From positions 1 through 12,881 of the forward strand of contig CBDUYR010000064.1 in assembly GCA_965371515.1 (NCBI GenBank): a stretch of 12,881 nucleotides of DNA. The letters are read 5' to 3'. This DNA is from an uncultured bacterium. Its GTDB lineage: Bacteria > Krumholzibacteriota > Krumholzibacteriia > Krumholzibacteriales > Krumholzibacteriaceae. Below are positions 7,739 through 12,881 of this stretch, one piece after another; within the stretch, counting starts at the first letter, position 1; each line of letters opens with the position of its first letter. Made by a program: the position numbers and the translations under genes. Under the pieces are notes generated by a model. That model had not been told where the DNA came from. It saw only the letters and a program-made list of their open reading frames with translations, and did not search any database.

Positions 7739-7771
7739 GCATTATGAGAATCAACGAGACATCTCAGTCTC
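7739..7771. promoter_or_regulatory. Candidate upstream activator sequence (enhancer-binding protein site)
   Basis: GCATTATGAG (7739-7748), with dyads TGAGA…TCTCA (7745-7766) and GAGAC-N6-GTCTC (7756-7771), 80-113 bp upstream of the -24 element. Confidence 0.4.
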
Positions 7772-7849
7772 TTCTGTAACCATTCCGACCTTATATTTAA
7801 CTCCTTGCATGTCTTTACTTTAACCCGTCGAGAATAGCATCTCAGAGGA

Positions 7850-7866
7850 TTGGCACACAGGTTGCT
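7850..7866 (+). promoter_or_regulatory. Sigma-54 (-24/-12) promoter for the Ig-domain lipoprotein
   Basis: TTGGCACACAGGTTGCT matches the consensus TGGCAC-N5-TTGCW with exact spacing. It is intergenic and about 55 nt upstream of the ATG. Confidence 0.85.
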
Positions 7867-7920
7867 AAAATCCCGTCGAGGGGACATGGAGTATTCACTT
7901 GGAGAGAAGGAGGTCTCATC

Positions 7921-8763
7921 ATGAGGAAGGTCTTCCTAGTCCTTATGGCATTGTCACTGACCGGGCTAATGGTTGCCTGTTCGGATGACGATTCAACTGT
8001 GCTTCCCGAGCCCATCGAGTTCGGGATCACCACGGCTGCGATCGATATGGGCTACACCTGTACCCCGTACAACATCCAGCTGGATGCAGTCGGCGGCACT
8101 TCGCCCTACACCTGGGTAATTGCTGGCGGTTCGACTCTTCCTGACGGTATAACCCTTACTTCGGACGGCCGCATCATGGGTCTTCTGGAGAACACGGGTT
8201 CGTGGAATTTCAGCGTCGTCGCTACTGACGCCTCTGGAACTCCCAACACCGATCAGGTCGCTTACACTCTCGACGTAGAGGTTCCTGCCAATCCGTCGAT
8301 CGCCATCTTCTATGACGGCGACGCGACTGTCTGCGGCGGGGAGACGGCGGCTTTCACGCCTCTCGATTGCTATGTATTCATCATGCTCGACGTGGATGGA
8401 GACCAGGATTGTGCGTTCGCAACTGAGTTCCAGGTAACAATGGAAAATCAGAACGGTACCCCGCTCGTGCTTGGTACCCAGTACACTCATTCGTATGTCA
8501 CCTATCCCGAAGTTGTGGTCCTGACTATGGGCGACCCGTTCAACGGTGTCGCGATTTCCTTCAGCAGGGAAATGTACGCCGCTTACGGGACCGAAATCCA
8601 TGTCGCTACCTTCGGTCTTCTTTTACTCGAAGACCTCGACAACCTGTCGTTCAAGGTCGGCCCGAGCCCCAGCTCGGTCCATACTCGTCCGATCATCGCC
8701 ACCTGTGACGCGAATCACAGCGTAGCCGAGGTTGACGGACGTGCCGCAGCCCTGAACTACTAG
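7921..8763 (+). CDS. Lipoprotein with putative Ig domain (He_PIG-like) plus an unassigned beta-rich C-terminal domain
   Basis: SD AAGGAGGT. Signal peptide ends MVA-C20, followed by SDDDS. ITT…Y…L.AVGGTSPYTW….G.LPDGITL…G.I.G…G…F.V.ATD is the classic putative-Ig repeat pattern. Confidence 0.85.
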   Translation: MRKVFLVLMALSLTGLMVACSDDDSTVLPEPIEFGITTAAIDMGYTCTPYNIQLDAVGGTSPYTWVIAGGSTLPDGITLTSDGRIMGLLENTGSWNFSVVATDASGTPNTDQVAYTLDVEVPANPSIAIFYDGDATVCGGETAAFTPLDCYVFIMLDVDGDQDCAFATEFQVTMENQNGTPLVLGTQYTHSYVTYPEVVVLTMGDPFNGVAISFSREMYAAYGTEIHVATFGLLLLEDLDNLSFKVGPSPSSVHTRPIIATCDANHSVAEVDGRAAALNY

Positions 8764-8786
8764 AATCAGAAGGTCGCAAAGACACG

Positions 8787-8841
8787 AAAAATTGCCCCTC
8801 GGGAGAAGCGGCTCAGGGCCGTTGATCCCGGGGGGCTTTTT
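8787..8841. terminator. Intrinsic terminator, probably bidirectional
   Basis: GCCCCTCGGGA (8794-8804) pairs with TCCCGGGGGGC (8826-8836), with an inner CGGC/GCCG stem. Followed by TTTTT and preceded by AAAAA, between convergent stops at 8763 and 8842. Confidence 0.8.
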
Positions 8842-11316
8842 CTATTTGAAAAAATCCTTGATCTTGTCCTTCACGCCATCGAACAGCTTCTCCTCCGCTT
8901 TCTTCTTCGCGTTCGACTGGTCGAGCCTCACCTTCGGCTGCTTCGCCGTGCCCCCGATGTCGAGCATGAGGAGAATGTTTCCCTTGTCGTCCCTGAACAG
9001 ATCTATTATCGCAGCGTACTTGGCCAGGTCCTTCATATGCGCCTGCTGCTGGGGTGTGATCACGAGCCCCGCGTTGTAGTCGAGTGAACCGTCGAAACCG
9101 AAAGATCCGGTGATGTCCCAGTCGCCGTTCTTCGAACCGATCTTCCACACCTCGCTGTTGACCCTTCCTTTCTCGATCACGAACTTCTCGGTCCACTCGT
9201 GAAAGTCGAACTTCTCGATCGAGGATATGTTGAGGCCGATCGATTTGAGCGGAGCCATGAACCGGGAGAGGTCGAGAGTGCCGCTCGTTGAAGTAGCCCT
9301 GCCCGTTGCGGTCAGGTTCTGCAGAATGTCCATCCCCGGGCCTGACGTGAAGCGTCCGTCGAGCTTCATCGAGAAGGTCCCGCTCACAAGCCCTCCTGCG
9401 CTGTGGACTCCGGAAAGGGCCCTGCCGGCGTCTATACCGTTGAAATCGATATCTATATCGTTGGTGATCCTCGAGGGATCGCGAAGGTCGGATATAAGCC
9501 TCCCGCTTCCCTTCCCGCCGGCATATTCAACCGTCACGGGGCTGGCCCGGAGAACACCATTGCTTATCCTGCCCTGCGCGTCGAGGGACGTCAGCACCGC
9601 CCCTTTGGATATGATCGAATCTATCTTCACCGAGACAAACGTCTTCTTCAGCATGAGGAGGGTCATCGGATTCGCGGCGAGCGGATTGGCTGACACCGCG
9701 CCGTCGGGCGCCCCCGTTCCCCCTCCCCCGGAAGTCTTGTCCGCTGTGAGCTTCTCCTTCTCCATGGCCTCCTGGAAGGCGACCGCATCAAAGGCTCGGC
9801 CCTCGACATATATCGACATGTCGGGGGAATTGACGAGCGCGTCCAGTACGGGGCCGGGCGTCTCGGGCATGTCACCCTTCTCCGCAACGAGCATGAGCTC
9901 GGCGAGCGCAGGCATGATGTCCTTCATCTCACCCTTGACCTTCCACGGCCTTCCGCCCATGTCGAACGAGGCGTCGATGGACTTTACACTTCCTCCGTCT
10001 ATCGAAGCGGTCGTCTTCAGAGAAGAGATACTTGCCGGCCCCTTCTCTCCCGGCAGCTCATCGGCGGAGAGATCGACCCTGCCGGTGAGGTCGAGGTCCT
10101 TCCAGGCCCGGGAGATCTTCGCCGGAGTCGATTTGCCGTCTTTCGAGGGGAAGAGGTTCCTGAGCGTGCCGGGCTGCGCGCCGCCCTTTAACGAGGCATT
10201 GAGAATGCCTTCCATCCGCATCGGTTCATCCGCCGCCTCTTCAGCGGGTACCATGGCGGACACCTCGCCCAGGTCAATCTTGGCCTGCACATCGAAGCTG
10301 ATATATTTCGGTTTTTTCTCCGCCTTGTCTATATCCATCCCGAAGGCGACAGTCGCCTTCGATCTTTCCGTCTCGAGCGAAAGGCCCTTCGAAGAGACCT
10401 TCGAATCGGAGAACTGCACCGCGCCGCCGGCGGTGAGTTTCGGTCCTTCCTTCAGGCTGACAACGAGTCGTTCCAGGTCGAGGCTACCTCCGACTATAAT
10501 CCCGGACGGATCGGAAGCCATTCCGGCCGCCCTGATCTCGATTCCGACGGTCCCGCTTTCAACTACAAAATCCAGCTTCTCCCCTGCCTCCTCCTGAATA
10601 CCCATCTCCATTACGAGGTCCATCAGCTGCTTCGCGTCGAGACCGGACGACTTCACGGACATAGTAAATTCGCGGTTGCCTTGCAGGTCCGCGACATCGC
10701 CCTCTACCTGCAGTGCCGCGAGATCGGCGATGACCAGCCTGCCGTCCTTCACGGCCGCCCTCGACAGATCGGCCGGTGCCTCCAGGCGACCACTGAAGCT
10801 CAGCGGAGGCAACTCTATCCTCTCACCCGTCTCAACCGTGATGATCGTGATCTTTCCCGCCGACACCTTCGGATCGAGGATAAAGATCGAATCGGACGGA
10901 GTCATCGAGAGCCTCGCCTCAAGCTCGTCAATCTCGACATCTATCCCAGACTGTGTGCCGGCAAGACTCAGTGACGCTCCGCCGAGCGTGACGCTTTTGA
11001 CCTCGGGCCTGCGCTTTATCAGGCTCATCAATGAGACGTCTACATTAAACTTCGCCGCCGACAAGTCGACCATTCCGCCTTCAGGCAGAGCCTTCGCGAC
11101 CTTCAGGCCATCTATCCGCACACCGAACCCGAACGGGAACCTGATGCCGATATCCGTGAACTCGATATTCGCAGCGACCCGCGACTCGATCTTCGGAACG
11201 ATCATTGCCGTAAGGCGCTCCTTCGTCAGCACGACCCTGAGAATGATACTTGCCGCTATTACCACACCAACGATGACGCAGAGAGTAATCAGCAATCTTT
11301 TCGATCTTCTTGTCAT
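8842..11316 (-). CDS. AsmA family protein (AsmA N-terminal and AsmA-like C-terminal regions), 824 aa
   Basis: Basic N-terminus and single TM, then AsmA-like N-terminal pattern (…IGIRFPFGFGVRIDGL…VDVSLMSLIKRRPEVKSVTL). Long amphipathic beta-rich body and C-terminal …ITGSFGFDGSLDY…IGGTAKQPKV with helical tail …KDKIKDFFK. Start moved from 11370 to ATG 11316 (AAGGCGG SD-like). Confidence 0.85.
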   Translation of the reverse strand: MTRRSKRLLITLCVIVGVVIAASIILRVVLTKERLTAMIVPKIESRVAANIEFTDIGIRFPFGFGVRIDGLKVAKALPEGGMVDLSAAKFNVDVSLMSLIKRRPEVKSVTLGGASLSLAGTQSGIDVEIDELEARLSMTPSDSIFILDPKVSAGKITIITVETGERIELPPLSFSGRLEAPADLSRAAVKDGRLVIADLAALQVEGDVADLQGNREFTMSVKSSGLDAKQLMDLVMEMGIQEEAGEKLDFVVESGTVGIEIRAAGMASDPSGIIVGGSLDLERLVVSLKEGPKLTAGGAVQFSDSKVSSKGLSLETERSKATVAFGMDIDKAEKKPKYISFDVQAKIDLGEVSAMVPAEEAADEPMRMEGILNASLKGGAQPGTLRNLFPSKDGKSTPAKISRAWKDLDLTGRVDLSADELPGEKGPASISSLKTTASIDGGSVKSIDASFDMGGRPWKVKGEMKDIMPALAELMLVAEKGDMPETPGPVLDALVNSPDMSIYVEGRAFDAVAFQEAMEKEKLTADKTSGGGGTGAPDGAVSANPLAANPMTLLMLKKTFVSVKIDSIISKGAVLTSLDAQGRISNGVLRASPVTVEYAGGKGSGRLISDLRDPSRITNDIDIDFNGIDAGRALSGVHSAGGLVSGTFSMKLDGRFTSGPGMDILQNLTATGRATSTSGTLDLSRFMAPLKSIGLNISSIEKFDFHEWTEKFVIEKGRVNSEVWKIGSKNGDWDITGSFGFDGSLDYNAGLVITPQQQAHMKDLAKYAAIIDLFRDDKGNILLMLDIGGTAKQPKVRLDQSNAKKKAEEKLFDGVKDKIKDFFK

Positions 11317-11345
11317 TTCTACCGCCTTGTAAAACAACCACGGAT

Positions 11346-11374
11346 ACTCTAGCGCACCGGCCCCGCCCATTCAA
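11346..11374 (-). promoter_or_regulatory. Candidate sigma-70 promoter for the AsmA-family gene
   Basis: Minus strand TTGAAT-N17-TAGAGT. It overlaps the ORF-finder start at 11370, supporting the later start. Confidence 0.5.
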
Positions 11375-11399
11375 CGAGTTATACAGCCGGCCGGGACGG

Positions 11400-11428
11400 T
11401 TGACACTTGTATTATCTGCGTATATATT
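11400..11428 (+). promoter_or_regulatory. Near-consensus sigma-70 promoter for the Cys-rich lipoprotein
   Basis: TTGACA-N17-TATATT. Confidence 0.75.
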
Positions 11429-11475
11429 TACATGTAGACCTCACCGGCTAATCGCCGCCCTCACGGGGCAGGGGG

Positions 11476-12795
11476 ATGATCACAATGTTTCCCGACAAAT
11501 CTCGCGCGTTCCGCTTTGTATCAATTTCAATCGCTATCCTGTCCGTCGCACTCCTCGCACACAGCTGCAGCGACGAGATCACACCACCGGGCGACCGGGT
11601 CCCCTCACATATCGCGGGGACGCTCGTCCAAACGACCGGATGCAAGGAGGACATCTACAGCCTCCGCAGCATATTGACGGCAGACTCCGACTGCATATCA
11701 TGGAACTGGGACGGTTCTGATACACTGAGCGTCATCCACATCAACGCCGGCCTCAACTGCTGCCCCGGAACCATTGTTGGCCTGGTATCCGTTGACGGCA
11801 GCAATGTCACGATCGAGGAGTCCGAAGGCGACGATGCCTTATTGTGCCACTGCCTCTGCCTTTACGACCTTTTTTACGTGATATCGGGTATTTCGGGAGG
11901 CGAGATAACGATCACGTTCGTCGAGCCGTATATCCCCGAAGGTGCTGAGATACTTACAGTGACTATCGATCTCGAGACCGATCCGACAGGAATCCACTGT
12001 GTCTACAGAGATACGTATCCGTGGGGTACGGAGTATTTCGGGGATGAACCGGTCGGGACGATAGACGATTACACCGGGTGCAAGGAGCTGGCCGGCACCT
12101 ACGATTTTCCGCTTCCGTTCAGCCCCGACTCCTCATGCGTGGTGGTCTACACGATGCCGGCCGAAAACACCCTGCGGATATACCACATCAACACGGCCTA
12201 TAACTGCTGCGTCCATGCGCTTGGCGCCGAATTCGAATTCAGCGAGGGACTGATCACGATAACGGGAAAAGAGTACCCGCCAGGCGGCCTCTGCGACTGC
12301 ATATGCCTGTATGACGTAACATACTCGATATACAACCTCGAACCGGGCGTCTACACGATCCGCTTCGTGGAGCCCTACTGCCCGGTCGGCCAGGAGCAGC
12401 TCGAGATCACGGTCGACATGGCGCAGGAAGGATCCTGGACGTATTGTGTCCCCCGCGAGGGTTATCCGTGGAACGAGGAAACGAGCGAGGAAGAGGACCA
12501 GGCCAGACTGGACGAAATGTTCGACGGGATCGTCGCGTATATAGGAACTCCGTACTGCTCCGGCGAGGAGGACTGCCGGTACATCGGCGTGGGGTCGAAG
12601 CCGTGCGGCGGGCCGTGGATGTATCTCATCTACTCCGCGCCTACCGTCGATATCGACCATCTCGAGAGCCTCGTCAATGCGCACGCCATCTTCGAGGACT
12701 ACATGAACATGAAGTACGGGTACAACTCTACATGCGACGTCCCGAGCCCCCCGGTCCTCGAGTGTCATGAAGGGATCTGCCGGGCCGCTCAGTAG
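11476..12795 (+). CDS. Cys-rich modular secreted protein, probably a lipoprotein: two tandem domains plus a 6-Cys C-terminal domain
   Basis: Signal peptide ends LLAHS-C31-SDE (non-canonical lipobox). 24 Cys in total, an internal duplication, and a C-terminal GSKPCGGPW.YLIYS motif. Start could be ATG 11476 or 11485. Confidence 0.85.
   Translation: MITMFPDKSRAFRFVSISIAILSVALLAHSCSDEITPPGDRVPSHIAGTLVQTTGCKEDIYSLRSILTADSDCISWNWDGSDTLSVIHINAGLNCCPGTIVGLVSVDGSNVTIEESEGDDALLCHCLCLYDLFYVISGISGGEITITFVEPYIPEGAEILTVTIDLETDPTGIHCVYRDTYPWGTEYFGDEPVGTIDDYTGCKELAGTYDFPLPFSPDSSCVVVYTMPAENTLRIYHINTAYNCCVHALGAEFEFSEGLITITGKEYPPGGLCDCICLYDVTYSIYNLEPGVYTIRFVEPYCPVGQEQLEITVDMAQEGSWTYCVPREGYPWNEETSEEEDQARLDEMFDGIVAYIGTPYCSGEEDCRYIGVGSKPCGGPWMYLIYSAPTVDIDHLESLVNAHAIFEDYMNMKYGYNSTCDVPSPPVLECHEGICRAAQ
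11617..12471 (+). repeat. Intragenic tandem duplication at protein level (11617-12024 and 12055-12471)
   Basis: Both copies read GT….TGCKE…DS.C…TL…HIN…NCC…LC.C.CLYD..Y.I…G..TI.FVEPY.P.G.E.L..T.D…C V.R..YPW. Confidence 0.92.
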
Positions 12796-12881
12796 CAGCG
12801 CCCCCGGACTCCATGTTCAGGCCCGCTGAAACCGCGATCCTTCCGTATTCTACAATACCGGAAAAAATTGAAACTATTTAT

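Noticed and set aside
9227..10597. 456-aa antisense ORF, plus 10676-11332, inside the AsmA gene
   Set aside because: Ser/Pro-rich antisense mirror of a high-GC coding frame, with no recognisable motifs.
12841..12869. Imperfect hairpin TTCCGTATT-ctac-AATACCGGAA followed by an A-run
   Set aside because: No U-tract follows the stem on either strand, so it is not a canonical terminator. It may be an operator or promoter for the next gene, but the context is cut off by the window edge.
1..12881. CRISPR arrays, tRNA/rRNA, transposases, integrases and known defence systems
   Set aside because: No regularly spaced nucleotide repeats, cloverleaf-like segments or recombinase/nuclease motifs were seen. 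Intergenic gaps are short and mostly accounted for by promoters and terminators.

Overview
Gene-dense bacterial chromosomal window from a diderm organism. It is mostly GC-rich, with a visibly lower-GC left end (~1-1780). Gene order: probable 3' end of a + strand gene; class I SAM methyltransferase (-); small His/Pro-motif lipoprotein (-); GT-C-type polytopic membrane glycosyltransferase (+) coupled to an S4-domain RluA-family pseudouridine synthase (+); M29-family aminopeptidase (+); htpX-lemA operon (-); stand-alone zinc-LID adenylate kinase with a divergent NMP-binding domain (+); Ig-domain lipoprotein (+); AsmA-family protein (-); and a very Cys-rich modular lipoprotein with a tandem ~137-aa repeat (+). 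I found no rRNA, tRNA, CRISPR array or transposase. The strongest non-obvious signal is regulatory. Two lipoprotein genes 6 kb apart each have a correctly spaced sigma-54 (-24/-12) promoter, an AT-rich spacer, and the same 10-mer GCATTATGAG 109-113 bp upstream in the same orientation. This suggests a shared enhancer-binding-protein regulon of uncharacterised surface lipoproteins. All calls come from reading motifs by eye; no database searches were run.
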